Of a DNA stretch of 64,000 nt, positions 47,995-57,511 are shown one piece after another. A model generated the notes under the pieces. It was not told where the DNA came from, made no database searches, and was given only the letters and a program-made list of their open reading frames with translations. Within the stretch, counting starts at the first letter, position 1, and every line of letters starts with the position of its first letter. Source of the stretch: Candidatus Limnocylindria bacterium (lineage in GTDB: Bacteria; Chloroflexota; Limnocylindria; QHBO01); assembly GCA_038250515.1 (NCBI GenBank), contig JBBSCG010000005.1, positions 548 to 64,547 on the forward strand, in the 5' to 3' direction. Made by a program: the position numbers and the translations under genes.

Positions 47995-49680
47995 CTAGGG
48001 CGACGCGGATGAGACGGCCGTCGCCGTCGCCGTCGCCGAAGCGGACGCGGACACGGACACGGACGGAACTGCGGTCATCGGCGCGGAGGCTTCGTTGGCG
48101 ATCGGTGGACCGAGCGCCGACTCGGTGAACAGGGCGCGCGCGTTCCAGATCATCCAGCCTTTGGCGTCGTTGTCGCGGAGCGCCTTCATCTCCGCGAGCA
48201 CATCGGTCCTGGTGTAGGCGCGAAACGATCCATAGCCGAAATCCTGGATCCACGGTCGAATGACCATCGGGAGACCCTTCGCCTCCTTGTTCATGAGCTT
48301 GAGCGTGTCGTTGATGATCTCGTACGGATGCTCATTGGGCACCGGGTAGCCGAAGACGCCGGGCCCGTAATGGCTCGGGTAGACCATCGGGTCGAAGTAG
48401 TCGACGTACGGCATGATCACCTCCGGCCGCTGGCCGATGCCCTGGTCATCGGCTGCGATAAAGGCAACCGGGAAGACGTCGGCGCCGAGGAAGGCGTGCG
48501 TATGCGCAAGCCGGTCGGAGACGAGCCGGAACAGGCGACGAATGGCCGCCAGCCGGAAGGATTGGCTGTTGGGCAGGTTCGCGTCGGCGAGGTCGTAGGG
48601 ACCGTCGCTGAAGAAGCGCACGTAGTCGAGCTGGACCTCGTCGAAGCCCTTGTCGGCCAGGTCACGGGCCAGGGACGCGGTGTACTCAGCCACGCCCGGG
48701 TTGTAGGGATCGAGCCAGATGGCGCCGCCGAAGTCCGTCCATGGGCCGCCGGTCACCGCGTTGCGCACCGCGAAGTCGGGCATGGCCTTGCCCAGCGTGT
48801 TGTCCTTCATGACCACCATCCGGGCGATGGTGTAGATGCCGCGCTCCTTCAGCTTCGGCAACAGCTCGTTGAGCTCGAAGAGTGGATGCTCCATCACCGC
48901 GCCGACCGCTTTGGCCTGGGGCAGGTCGGTATTCCAGTACAGGTTGCCGTCGGTCTCCTTGACGTCGATAACCATGGCGTTCGCCTCGGTCCTGTCGATC
49001 AGGTCGAGCATGGCATCGAGCCGGCCGTGGGCCTCGAAGACGGCTGCGGGCGAGTACAGCGCGCGTGCGGTAAAGGGCTGCATGGCGACGTCGCCGCGCA
49101 CCTTCGCGGCCGGAAGCTGCGCAAGGCGGAAGCCGGCCCTCTTGTAGATCAGCGTCGCGCCCTCGGGCACGCCCGGGAGCACGTAGGCACCCCGCGCATC
49201 GGTACGCACGACCGGGCTGTCAGCGGTGCCGTCGACAAAGACGCGAACACCGGAGAGCGGCTGGCCGCTGCCATCGGTCACCGTGCCGCTCACCACGTTC
49301 GAGCGCAGCTTGATCTCAAGCGCCCCGTCGGCCGGGACCTCACCCGAACCCGCGTCGTAGCCGTGTGCCGTCGCCTCGACCTGCGCAGCGCGAAGCGCGG
49401 TCAGCGTCACCCTGCCATCCGCCGCGGTGGTCATGCTGCTGGAGCCGGCACGCAGCTCAGCGCCCGGGATGGGCGCACCGCTGTCGCGATCGACAGCCAT
49501 CACCGACAGCTCGCGCGGTGGCTCCGGTGTCGGTGAGCTGGGCAGAAGTGGCAGCGTGTTCTGGCCGCAGGCGCTCAGCAGCAGCGCAATGACGAGCAGC
49601 AGCGCGGTCGGTCGCAGGATTCGCGTGGAACGCAGCAGGGTCACGTCCTTTCGATGGCTTGTGTTCGGTCGTTGGCGCAC
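47995..49680 (-). CDS. Lipoprotein with carboxypeptidase-regulatory-like beta-sandwich repeats and a putative glycoside-hydrolase-like (GHL/DUF4015-type) domain
   Basis: Lipobox LLSAC-G, two Ig/CarboxypepD_reg-like segments, a TIM-barrel-like C-terminal region and an (SV)(SA)(TA) low-complexity tail. The real start is possibly GTG at 49644, avoiding overlap with rpe. Confidence 0.6.
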   Translation of the reverse strand: MRQRPNTSHRKDVTLLRSTRILRPTALLLVIALLLSACGQNTLPLLPSSPTPEPPRELSVMAVDRDSGAPIPGAELRAGSSSMTTAADGRVTLTALRAAQVEATAHGYDAGSGEVPADGALEIKLRSNVVSGTVTDGSGQPLSGVRVFVDGTADSPVVRTDARGAYVLPGVPEGATLIYKRAGFRLAQLPAAKVRGDVAMQPFTARALYSPAAVFEAHGRLDAMLDLIDRTEANAMVIDVKETDGNLYWNTDLPQAKAVGAVMEHPLFELNELLPKLKERGIYTIARMVVMKDNTLGKAMPDFAVRNAVTGGPWTDFGGAIWLDPYNPGVAEYTASLARDLADKGFDEVQLDYVRFFSDGPYDLADANLPNSQSFRLAAIRRLFRLVSDRLAHTHAFLGADVFPVAFIAADDQGIGQRPEVIMPYVDYFDPMVYPSHYGPGVFGYPVPNEHPYEIINDTLKLMNKEAKGLPMVIRPWIQDFGYGSFRAYTRTDVLAEMKALRDNDAKGWMIWNARALFTESALGPPIANEASAPMTAVPSVSVSASASATATATAVSSASP

Positions 49681-50369
49681 ATTCCGGAATCGACGACGCC
49701 GGCACGGGCGGCCTGTCGGAGCTCGTCCACAACGGACCGCAGGTCTGCCTCGTTGCGGTACAGCGCGGAGCCGACAACCATCACCTCACCGCCGGCGGCG
49801 AAGGCCGAGCCGATGGTATCGCGTCCCACTCCGCCGTCGACGCCAATCGGCAGGTCCAGCTCGCGTCGCGAGATCTCGTCGCTGAGGCTGCGCATCTTCG
49901 GCAGCACGTCGGCGATGAACACCTGTCCGCCGAAACCGGGGTGGACGGTCATCAGCAGCAGCAGGTCGATCTGGTCCAGGAAGGGCAGGACGACATCCGC
50001 GCTCGTCTCAGGGTTGAGCGCCAGCCCTGCGGCGCGACCGGTGCGATGGATGGCCTCGATGACCGCGCTCGGTTCGTCATCGGCCTCGACGTGGAAGACG
50101 ATCAGGTCAGAGCCCGCGCTGGCGAAGGCCTCAACGAAGCGCAGTGGCCGGCTGATCATCAGGTGGCTGTGAAACGGGAGCGTGATATGCGGTCGCAGCG
50201 CGTCGACGACGACCGGCCCGAAGCTGATGTTGTCGACGAAATGGCCGTCCATGACGTCGAGATGAATCGAGTCGACGCCGCCTGCCACGGCTCGCTCGAC
50301 CTCAAGGCCAAGGCGCGCGAAGTCGGCGTTCAGGATGCTGACGCTGATCTGCGGGTGGCGGCGCTTCAC
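49641..50369 (-). CDS. rpe: Ribulose-phosphate 3-epimerase
   Basis: ISVSILNADFARLG...HLDVMDGHFV...VHPGFGGQ. GTG start at 50369 overlapping the rlmN stop. The N-terminal 225 aa of the 467-aa track ORF is out-of-frame overlap with rlmN and is rejected. Confidence 0.9.
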   Translation of the reverse strand: MKRRHPQISVSILNADFARLGLEVERAVAGGVDSIHLDVMDGHFVDNISFGPVVVDALRPHITLPFHSHLMISRPLRFVEAFASAGSDLIVFHVEADDEPSAVIEAIHRTGRAAGLALNPETSADVVLPFLDQIDLLLLMTVHPGFGGQVFIADVLPKMRSLSDEISRRELDLPIGVDGGVGRDTIGSAFAAGGEVMVVGSALYRNEADLRSVVDELRQAARAGVVDSGMCANDRTQAIERT

Positions 50370-51544
50370 GCAGGCACCTTCGCCGCTTCCGTCTTCCGGA
50401 CCGATGCGGCTGCGGCCATCCGGTTGCGCGGCAGCTCCTTCCCGGCGAGCTGGGCGTGCAGCTGGCCACAGGCCGCATCGATCTCGCGGCCACGCGTGTC
50501 GCGCACGGTCGTGGGGATGCCTTGGCCGCGCAGGATTGCGACGAACGCGTCGATCCCCTCGCGCGGCGTGCCGCTCCAGCGCGAGCCTGGCGTCGGGTTG
50601 AGCGGGATCAGGTTGACGTGGCTGAGCCATCCCCTGGCGAGCTCGCCCAGCCGCTCGGCCTGCTCGGGAGCGTCGTTGACCCCGTCGATCAGCACGTACT
50701 CGAGGCTGACACGTCGACGTGTCGCACGTGTGAAGCGTCGTCCGGCGGCCACGAGCTCGCTGAGCGGCCACTTGCGGTTGAGTGGCACGAGCTCGTCGCG
50801 CAGTGCATCGGTCGCCGCATGAAGGCTGATCGCCAGGTTGACCTGCGGCAGCTCGTCGACCATGCGGTCGATGCCCGGCACAACGCCGGCGGTACTGACC
50901 GTGATATGCCGTGCGCCGATGCCCAGCCGACCCGGATCGTTCAGCAGCCGCACCGCCTCGAACACGCGATTCGCATTGTTGAGCGGCTCGCCCATGCCCA
51001 TGAACACGATGTTGTAGTGCCCGTCGCCTTCGCCCGTGCGCCAATCCGGCCCGAGCGCGTTCCAGGGAGGCCGATGCCAGTGCAGCACCTGGTCGACGAT
51101 CTCGCCCGGAGACAGCTGGCGCGCGAAGCCCGCCTGGCCGGTCGCGCAGAATGGGCAGTTGACCGCACAGCCCGCCTGCGACGAGATGCAGATCGTGGTG
51201 CGCGCCGCCGCGCCGCGGTGCGCCGGGTAGCGCATCAGGACCGACTCGACGCGCTGTCGGTCGTGCAGCTGATGCACGGCCTTGGCGGTCAGGCCGTTAT
51301 CGGCCGTCAGAACGTGGCTGGCCTCGATCGATGAAAAGCGGAACGCGCCCGCCAGCGCAGCACGCAGCGAGTTCGGCAGGTCGGTGAGATCTTCGAAGCC
51401 GCTCACATCGCCGCGATACATGCCCGCCAGCACCTGCTGCGCGCGGTACGCAGGCTCGCCGCGGGCGGTCAGCCACGCGGCGAGCTGGTCGACGACGACC
51501 TCGCTGATCGCCGGCAGCGGGCCGGCCATGGTCAGCTCAGTCAC
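50366..51544 (-). CDS. rlmN: 23S rRNA/tRNA (adenine-C2)-methyltransferase RlmN (radical SAM)
   Basis: CxxxCxxC radical SAM cluster (SSQAGCAVNCPFC) and an RlmN N-terminal domain. Confidence 0.9.
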   Translation of the reverse strand: MTELTMAGPLPAISEVVVDQLAAWLTARGEPAYRAQQVLAGMYRGDVSGFEDLTDLPNSLRAALAGAFRFSSIEASHVLTADNGLTAKAVHQLHDRQRVESVLMRYPAHRGAAARTTICISSQAGCAVNCPFCATGQAGFARQLSPGEIVDQVLHWHRPPWNALGPDWRTGEGDGHYNIVFMGMGEPLNNANRVFEAVRLLNDPGRLGIGARHITVSTAGVVPGIDRMVDELPQVNLAISLHAATDALRDELVPLNRKWPLSELVAAGRRFTRATRRRVSLEYVLIDGVNDAPEQAERLGELARGWLSHVNLIPLNPTPGSRWSGTPREGIDAFVAILRGQGIPTTVRDTRGREIDAACGQLHAQLAGKELPRNRMAAAASVRKTEAAKVPA

Positions 51545-52292
51545 GACGCCCCATGATCAGAAAGAGGTAATACAGGAAGGTCAGCAGCGCCGTCAGTGCC
51601 GCTGCGACGTAGGTCCAGGCGGCAGCCTTGAGGACATCGCCCGCACCGGTCTGGCGCTCGCCGTACATTCCCAGGTTGCTGACGAAGCCCAATGCCTTGG
51701 CCGATGCGCCGATCTCGACGGGCAGCGTCACAAAGGTGAAGATGACCGCCGCCCCAAACGCGATCAGACCAATCCAGGCAAGTCCCAGGATGTTGAAGAT
51801 CAGCCCGCCGAGGATGAGCCACGGCGCGACTCCGGAGCCAAGCTGCACGGCAGGCACGATCGCCTGGCGGACGACCATCCACGGATCGCGCTGCTTGTCC
51901 TGCAGCGCGTGCCCGACCTCGTGCGCGATGACGGCCGCGGAGGCGACCGACAGTCGGGGGCCCGTGTTCGCCGAGCCCGGCACGCCGAGCGACGACTGGC
52001 TCGGATCGTAGCTGCCAAGCTCCGCGCGGCCAGAGACCGCCTGGCTGACACGCAGGACCTTGCCGCGCGGGTCGTAGTGATCGGTCAGCTGGCCGGGCGT
52101 CGGCTCGATCTTGACCTCGTGCAGACCCTGGCGATCGAGCAGCTGGCGGGCGAAATCAAAGGCGTCGAGGTTGATGCCCGAATCAACCTTGGCCCATTTG
52201 CTGTATGTCGACTTGACCCGCCACGCCGCCCATCCGGTGATGGCGAGGCTCGGCAGCATCACCAGCAGGATGTACGGCAGGAAATTACCCAT
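51537..52292 (-). CDS. Membrane zinc metallopeptidase (Zn_peptidase_2 / YpfJ-like)
   Basis: HEVGHALQ HExxH motif flanked by TM helices. Start at internal ATG 52292 with an AAGGAGG SD. Confidence 0.75.
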   Translation of the reverse strand: MGNFLPYILLVMLPSLAITGWAAWRVKSTYSKWAKVDSGINLDAFDFARQLLDRQGLHEVKIEPTPGQLTDHYDPRGKVLRVSQAVSGRAELGSYDPSQSSLGVPGSANTGPRLSVASAAVIAHEVGHALQDKQRDPWMVVRQAIVPAVQLGSGVAPWLILGGLIFNILGLAWIGLIAFGAAVIFTFVTLPVEIGASAKALGFVSNLGMYGERQTGAGDVLKAAAWTYVAAALTALLTFLYYLFLIMGRRD

Positions 52293-52325
52293 CGTTGATC
52301 TGCGACCTCCTTGGAAGCGAGATCG

Positions 52326-52331
52326 AGTATA
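52326..52331 (-). promoter_or_regulatory. Promoter -10 TATACT upstream of the Zn-metallopeptidase gene
   Basis: rc of agtata, 13 nt upstream of the AAGGAGG SD. Confidence 0.35.
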
Positions 52332-52414
52332 GCCGAGGGGCCCTTGGGCATCGACCGAGCCGATTTGGGCACGCTGCGTGCGGGTCACGCCGTTCCCATA
52401 CACCTGGAGACCAG

Positions 52415-53020
52415 ATGAACATGTTCGAAAAATGGCGCGACGGCGACGACGCGCGTAAAGATGTGACGAACCGAGTGATGAGCGCCGTTCCAAGGCGACG
52501 ACAGAGTGGGCTACCCGGCTGGCTGGCTGCGCTGCTCGGCGGCGCGGCCGGAGCGGCGGCCGCCTACCTCCTCGACCCTGAGCGCGGCCGAACTCGCCGA
52601 GCGCGGCTCGGCGACCAGGCCGCCGCACGGCTGCGCGATCTCGGCGGAGCGGTCGAGCGCGGCACGAAGCGAGCCGGCACCCAGGCATTCGCCATCAGGC
52701 AGCAGGCGAGTCATCGCGGCAACGGACAGCCCATGCCCAACGACTCGGCGCTGTCAGACAAGGTCACGACGGAGCTGTTCGGCGACCCGTCGATCCCGCA
52801 GGGCAAGATCAACATCAACGTCGAAGAGGGCGTGGTCGTGCTGCGCGGCGAGGTGGACGCATCCTCCCAGGCGGATGCGCTGATCAAGAAAGCGGAACAG
52901 ATCGCGGGCGTAATACGGGTTGACAGCCTGCTGCATGTCCCGGGTGACGAGGCGCCGGCCGCGCGGCCGCGCAAGCGGCCCGCGGTGGCGTCCGCAGGTC
53001 CGGACGAAAAGCTGCCCTAA
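52415..53020 (+). CDS. BON-domain protein (OsmY-like)
   Basis: C-terminal BON domain (LSDKVTTELFGDPSIPQGKININVEEGVVVLRGEVDAS) and an N-terminal TM segment. ATG 52415 with a GGAGA SD. Confidence 0.7.
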   Translation: MNMFEKWRDGDDARKDVTNRVMSAVPRRRQSGLPGWLAALLGGAAGAAAAYLLDPERGRTRRARLGDQAAARLRDLGGAVERGTKRAGTQAFAIRQQASHRGNGQPMPNDSALSDKVTTELFGDPSIPQGKININVEEGVVVLRGEVDASSQADALIKKAEQIAGVIRVDSLLHVPGDEAPAARPRKRPAVASAGPDEKLP

Positions 53021-54003
53021 AGAGTCGAGGAGGGTCCGCCGGTTGAGGCCGGCGGACCCTCCGGCGGCTCCGCGGCGCCGAGCAGGACATGCTGCCGGCT
53101 AAGCCCGCGACGCCATGCATCGGCACGCATGACCGGTCGTCCCTCGGCCTGGACCGCCTCGAGTGCCAGGGCCCCGGTGCCGCACGCGACGCGCGGCTCG
53201 TCGCCGGGCAGCAGCGCACCGATCGGCACGCCGTCGAAGCCGGGCAGTGAGCGCGCCCGGCGGATATGTAGCCGGCGGCCGTCGAGCATGGTCCAGGCAC
53301 CCGGCCACGGCTGAAGAGCGCGCACCTGACGGTCGAGCTCGACGCCACTGCGGCGCCAGTCGATCCATCCGTCGTTGCGGCGAAAGGGCTTGATCAACGT
53401 GGCGCGGCTGTCATCCTGTGGCTCGGCGCGCAGCGCACCGTCGGCCCAGCGACCGAGCGTCGCCGGCACCACCGCCGCGGACAGCTCGGCGAGGCGGGCC
53501 TCCAGCTCAGGCGTCTGCTCGCGTCCGTCGAGTGACACACGCCACTGCTCGGCGATCGGTCCCGCGTCGAGCTGCGCGGTCATGACCATGAGCGTGACGC
53601 CGGCCTCCGCATCGCCCGCCAGGATCGTGCTGGCGACTGGCGCCGCGCCCCGATGCCGCGGCAACAGCGAGGGATGGACGTTCAGCGGGGGCCGCGGGGC
53701 GAGGCTAAGTAGGTCATCGGGCACCAGTTGGCCGTACGCGACCAGCAGCAGGCCGTCCGGCGAGAACTCGGCAAGCAGCGCGCGACCCTCGTCCGACCGC
53801 AGGCGTCGTGGTGTCTCGACCCGCAGGCCACGCTCCCGCGCGAAGGCGGCCACCGGTGAGGGTCGGGTGCGCAGTCGCCGGCCGGCGGGTCGGTCGGGCT
53901 GGCTGATGACGAGCAGCTCGTCGGCCAGGTCGGCCGCGCGGTCGAGCAGCGCCACGCCGAAGGCTCCGGTTCCCAGGAAGGCGAGCCGACCGAGGCGCGC
54001 CAC
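53017..54003 (-). CDS. fmt: Methionyl-tRNA formyltransferase
   Basis: GTG start overlapping the def stop. Formyl-transferase N-terminus (LAFLGTGAFG) and SLLPRHRGAAPV motif. Confidence 0.9.
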   Translation of the reverse strand: MARLGRLAFLGTGAFGVALLDRAADLADELLVISQPDRPAGRRLRTRPSPVAAFARERGLRVETPRRLRSDEGRALLAEFSPDGLLLVAYGQLVPDDLLSLAPRPPLNVHPSLLPRHRGAAPVASTILAGDAEAGVTLMVMTAQLDAGPIAEQWRVSLDGREQTPELEARLAELSAAVVPATLGRWADGALRAEPQDDSRATLIKPFRRNDGWIDWRRSGVELDRQVRALQPWPGAWTMLDGRRLHIRRARSLPGFDGVPIGALLPGDEPRVACGTGALALEAVQAEGRPVMRADAWRRGLSRQHVLLGAAEPPEGPPASTGGPSSTL

Positions 54004-54506
54004 TAGATGCCCGCGGTCGTCTCTTCTTCCACGTCGCTGCGTTCGCTGACGCGCACCAGCTCTTCGAGCGAATCGAGGTAGTCGATGTAGAGCACGCCAC
54101 TGAGATGATCGATCTCGTGCTGCAGCGCTCGAGCGAACAGCTCCTCGCCCTTGACGCGGAACTCCTTGCCGTGTCGGTCGCGAGCTTTGACGGTGACCTT
54201 CTCGCTGCGCTTCATCTCGGCTACGAACCCGGGGATCGAGAGGCATCCCTCCCAGTCGAGAATCTCGCCCGAGGCCTTCACGATCTGCGGATTCACCAGC
54301 TCGGTGATGGTGTCCTCGAGCTCGATGACCGCGACCTGCAGCGGCACCCCGACCTGGTTCGCCGCAAGGCCGATGCCCGGCGCATCGCGCATGGTCACCA
54401 GCATGTCGTCGAGCAGGCGGTGCAGGCTGGCGTCGTAGTTGGTGACCTTCATGGCGCGCTCCCGCAGGATCGGCTCTTCGGCGGTCAGGATGCGGCGAAT
54501 GACCAT
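54003..54506 (-). CDS. def: Peptide deformylase
   Basis: GIGLAANQ, EGCLS and QHEIDH motifs. Confidence 0.95.
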   Translation of the reverse strand: MVIRRILTAEEPILRERAMKVTNYDASLHRLLDDMLVTMRDAPGIGLAANQVGVPLQVAVIELEDTITELVNPQIVKASGEILDWEGCLSIPGFVAEMKRSEKVTVKARDRHGKEFRVKGEELFARALQHEIDHLSGVLYIDYLDSLEELVRVSERSDVEEETTAGI

Positions 54507-54531
54507 GGCCTCATTCTAGCGAGGCCGATGC

Positions 54532-56865
54532 CTAGAGGAGCGACTCGGGATCGACATCGATTGCCACGCCTGACGGCACGAGCTCGAGCGCGGCTTGGCG
54601 CGTCGTCACGTCCGGCGCGCGGACGATCACCTGCATCCGCCAGCGTCCGGCGCGCCGCGGCACGTACGCCGGCAGCGGGCCAAGCACCTCGACGCCCTCG
54701 ATCGCCACCGCCCCGGCGGCGGCACGACCGCGTGCCTCCACGCGTTGCTGATCGGCGTCGGCGAGCAGAAGTCGCGCCAGTACGCTGTAGGGTGGATAGC
54801 TCAACAGCCGACGGCGCAGCAGCTCCTCGTCAGCGAAGCCGTCCACGTCAAGACGCGCCGCGGCCCGCACGGCATAGTGATCCGCGGCATAGGTCTGGAT
54901 GATGACGCGTCCCGGCATCGGTCCACGGCCGGCCCGACCGGCGACCTGGGCCAGCATCGCGAAGGTACGCTCGGGCGCCAGGTAGTCGGGCAGGTTGAGC
55001 GTGACGTCAGCGGCGATGACACCCGCCAGTGTCACGCTCGGCAGGTCGAGGCCCTTGGCCGCAAGCTGTGTCCCGACCAGCACGTCGACCGATCCGGAGC
55101 GGAAGTCGTCGTAGATCGACTCGAAGCCACGTCGCTGGCTGATCGCATCGGAATCGAGGCGGGCAACCCGCAACTTCGGGAAGCGGCCGCGCAGCTCGGC
55201 CTCGACGCGCTGCGTCCCCGCCCCGAAGTAGCGAATCCGGGAAGAGCCGCAGCGCGGGCAGCGGTGCGGTGGCCGTGCCGAGCGGCCGCAGTGGTGGCAG
55301 CGAAGCTGCTCGCCCGCAAGATGGAAGACGAACGGCAGCTCGCAGTCCGGACAGCGCAGGCTTTCGCCGCAGTCGCGACACAGCACGAACGTCGCCGCGC
55401 CACGCCGGTTGATGAGCAGGATCGCCTGCTCAGTTCCCGTGCGGAGGGCGGCGAGCGCGTCGCCGAGCGCGCGAGAGAGGATCGAGCGGTTGCCCTCGGC
55501 CAGCTCGGCCCGCATGTCGACCAGCTCGACATTGGGCACGCTGCCGACCCTACGTTCCACCAGGCGGGCACGCTCCATCAAACCGCCGCGCACCCGTGCA
55601 ATGGTCGTCACCTCGGGTGTGGCGGTCCCGACCACCAGCCGCGCACCGGTGTGCACGGCGCGGCGACGAGCAGCCCATCGCGCGTCGTAGCGCGGCGTGC
55701 GGTCCGATTTGTAACCGCCATCGTGCGCCTCGTCCACGACGATCAGGCCCAGGTCGCTGAGCGGTGCGAAGACCGCCGTGCGCGTGCCGATCACGACGCG
55801 TGCCTCACCGCGCAGGATGCGCCACCACTCGTCGTGGCGCTCCCCCGCCGAGAGCCCCGAATGGAGCACCGCGAGGCTGTCACCGACGAGGGCAGCGAGG
55901 CGGTCGGCAAGCTGCGGCACAAGGCTCAGCTCGGGAACGAGCACGATCGCGCTGCGGCCCGCGCCAAGCGTCGACTCGAGCGCTGCAAGGTAGACATCGG
56001 TCTTGCCGGCCGCGGCGACGCCTTCGAGCAGCAGCTCTCCGCCGGAGGGAAGCGCCTCGATGGCCCTCAGTGCGGCGCGCTGCTCATCAGCCAGCTCATG
56101 CGTCGGCGCGGGGCTCGACGGGCGGTGTGCGAGCGGGTCGCGCGCCACCTCGCGCCATTCGAGGATGGCGTGGCCGCTCACCGCCAGCCGCCGTGCCGGT
56201 GCGAGAAGTGAGGTGGGCGCCAGGCCGAGTGCCTCTGCCAGCTCGGCAAGCGTCCGCTGCTCGTTGCCCAGCGCTTCGAGCATCGCCCGCTGCAGCGGAG
56301 CGCGGCGCGGCTGCTCCCGCTCACCGGGAACCGGCCGCAGGACCCGCACCTGCTGCGCTCGCAGCTGTGGTCCCCGCAGCGACCACGTGGCACGGACCGC
56401 GCCGCTGCGGCGCAGGCCTTCAAACCATGCCTGGCCGCCACGAGCGGGGCCGTGTCGCAGCAGGGCGGCGTCATCCAGTTGACCGTCGTTCACGTCGGGC
56501 AGCAGGCTGTGGTCGAGCACCTCCCAGCGGCGCTGCAGACGCGACTCGAGTCCGGGCGGCAGCATCGCGGCGATCGTCGTTCCGATCGGCGCGCGATAGT
56601 AAGTCGAGATCTCCTCGGCGAGGGCCAGCAGGTCGGGCGTCAGCATCGGCTGCGAGACGACGGCCTCGACCTCCTTGAGCTGCGCATCGGGCTCGACCTC
56701 GGCAGCGCCCAGCAGATAGCCGAGCGCCAGCCGCCGGCCGTACGGCACGAGCAGCAGCGATCCGGCTGCGGGATTACCGAGAGCATCAGACAGGCGGTAC
56801 GAGAACGTCCGCTCCGGTCGGTCGGCAACCGCCTCGACGGCCACCCGCACCACGCGCTCAGGCAT
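54532..56865 (-). CDS. priA: Primosomal protein N' (PriA helicase)
   Basis: 3'BD N-terminus, DEAH helicase core (GVAAAGKT, DEAH) and Cys-rich zinc-binding insert (CRDCG...CPDC...CHHCG...CPRCG). Confidence 0.9.
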   Translation of the reverse strand: MPERVVRVAVEAVADRPERTFSYRLSDALGNPAAGSLLLVPYGRRLALGYLLGAAEVEPDAQLKEVEAVVSQPMLTPDLLALAEEISTYYRAPIGTTIAAMLPPGLESRLQRRWEVLDHSLLPDVNDGQLDDAALLRHGPARGGQAWFEGLRRSGAVRATWSLRGPQLRAQQVRVLRPVPGEREQPRRAPLQRAMLEALGNEQRTLAELAEALGLAPTSLLAPARRLAVSGHAILEWREVARDPLAHRPSSPAPTHELADEQRAALRAIEALPSGGELLLEGVAAAGKTDVYLAALESTLGAGRSAIVLVPELSLVPQLADRLAALVGDSLAVLHSGLSAGERHDEWWRILRGEARVVIGTRTAVFAPLSDLGLIVVDEAHDGGYKSDRTPRYDARWAARRRAVHTGARLVVGTATPEVTTIARVRGGLMERARLVERRVGSVPNVELVDMRAELAEGNRSILSRALGDALAALRTGTEQAILLINRRGAATFVLCRDCGESLRCPDCELPFVFHLAGEQLRCHHCGRSARPPHRCPRCGSSRIRYFGAGTQRVEAELRGRFPKLRVARLDSDAISQRRGFESIYDDFRSGSVDVLVGTQLAAKGLDLPSVTLAGVIAADVTLNLPDYLAPERTFAMLAQVAGRAGRGPMPGRVIIQTYAADHYAVRAAARLDVDGFADEELLRRRLLSYPPYSVLARLLLADADQQRVEARGRAAAGAVAIEGVEVLGPLPAYVPRRAGRWRMQVIVRAPDVTTRQAALELVPSGVAIDVDPESLL

Positions 56866-56882
56866 GCTGACTCAGCCGCGCG

Positions 56883-57509
56883 TCAGATGCGGACGACGCG
56901 TGGGGGCTCGCGACGTGCCTCGGCCTGGATGATCTCCCAGATGCGCTCCGCCGCCTCCTCGGGGTGGCCGGTCTCGTTCACGATGACGTCGTCGTAGTCG
57001 TCGGCCTCGGCTATCCAGCGTTCGGCGTCACGACGCCGACGCTCAAAGCTGGCGGCGTCCTCCGAGCCGCGCTGCTTCAGGCGCTCGGTGAGGTCCTCGA
57101 ACGACGGCGGCATGACGAAGATCAGCAGCGCATCCGGCACGAGGCCGCGGATTGAGCGCGCGCCCTGTGGATCCGGCACCACAATCGCGTCACGGCCGGC
57201 CGCCAGGATGCCGCGCACCTGATTGATCGGCGTGCCGTACCAATTGCCGTGCACGTTGGCATGCTCGAGCAGCCCGTCAGAGGCGAGCAGCTCCTCGAAC
57301 TCGGGCTTCGACAGGAAGTGGTAATGCACCTTGTCGATCTCGTCGGGGCGTCGCGTGCGCGTCGTGGCGGTCACGATCGGCACGGCCTGCGGATGACGCC
57401 GCACCAGCTCGGCGACGATCGTGCTCTTGCCGACTCCCGATGGGCCCGAGACGACCACCAACATCGGATTCGGAAAGACGAGGCGCTTGTCCTGGCGCTC
57501 GGCAGCCAT
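56883..57509 (-). CDS. gmk: Guanylate kinase
   Basis: GPSGVGKST P-loop and GMP-binding motifs. Confidence 0.95.
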   Translation of the reverse strand: MAAERQDKRLVFPNPMLVVVSGPSGVGKSTIVAELVRRHPQAVPIVTATTRTRRPDEIDKVHYHFLSKPEFEELLASDGLLEHANVHGNWYGTPINQVRGILAAGRDAIVVPDPQGARSIRGLVPDALLIFVMPPSFEDLTERLKQRGSEDAASFERRRRDAERWIAEADDYDDVIVNETGHPEEAAERIWEIIQAEARREPPRVVRI

Positions 57510-57511
57510 CG

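Noticed and set aside
49641-51044. 467-aa minus-strand ORF
   Set aside because: Only the last 242 codons (from GTG 50369) encode ribulose-phosphate 3-epimerase. The upstream 225 codons are an out-of-frame overlap with the well-supported rlmN gene.
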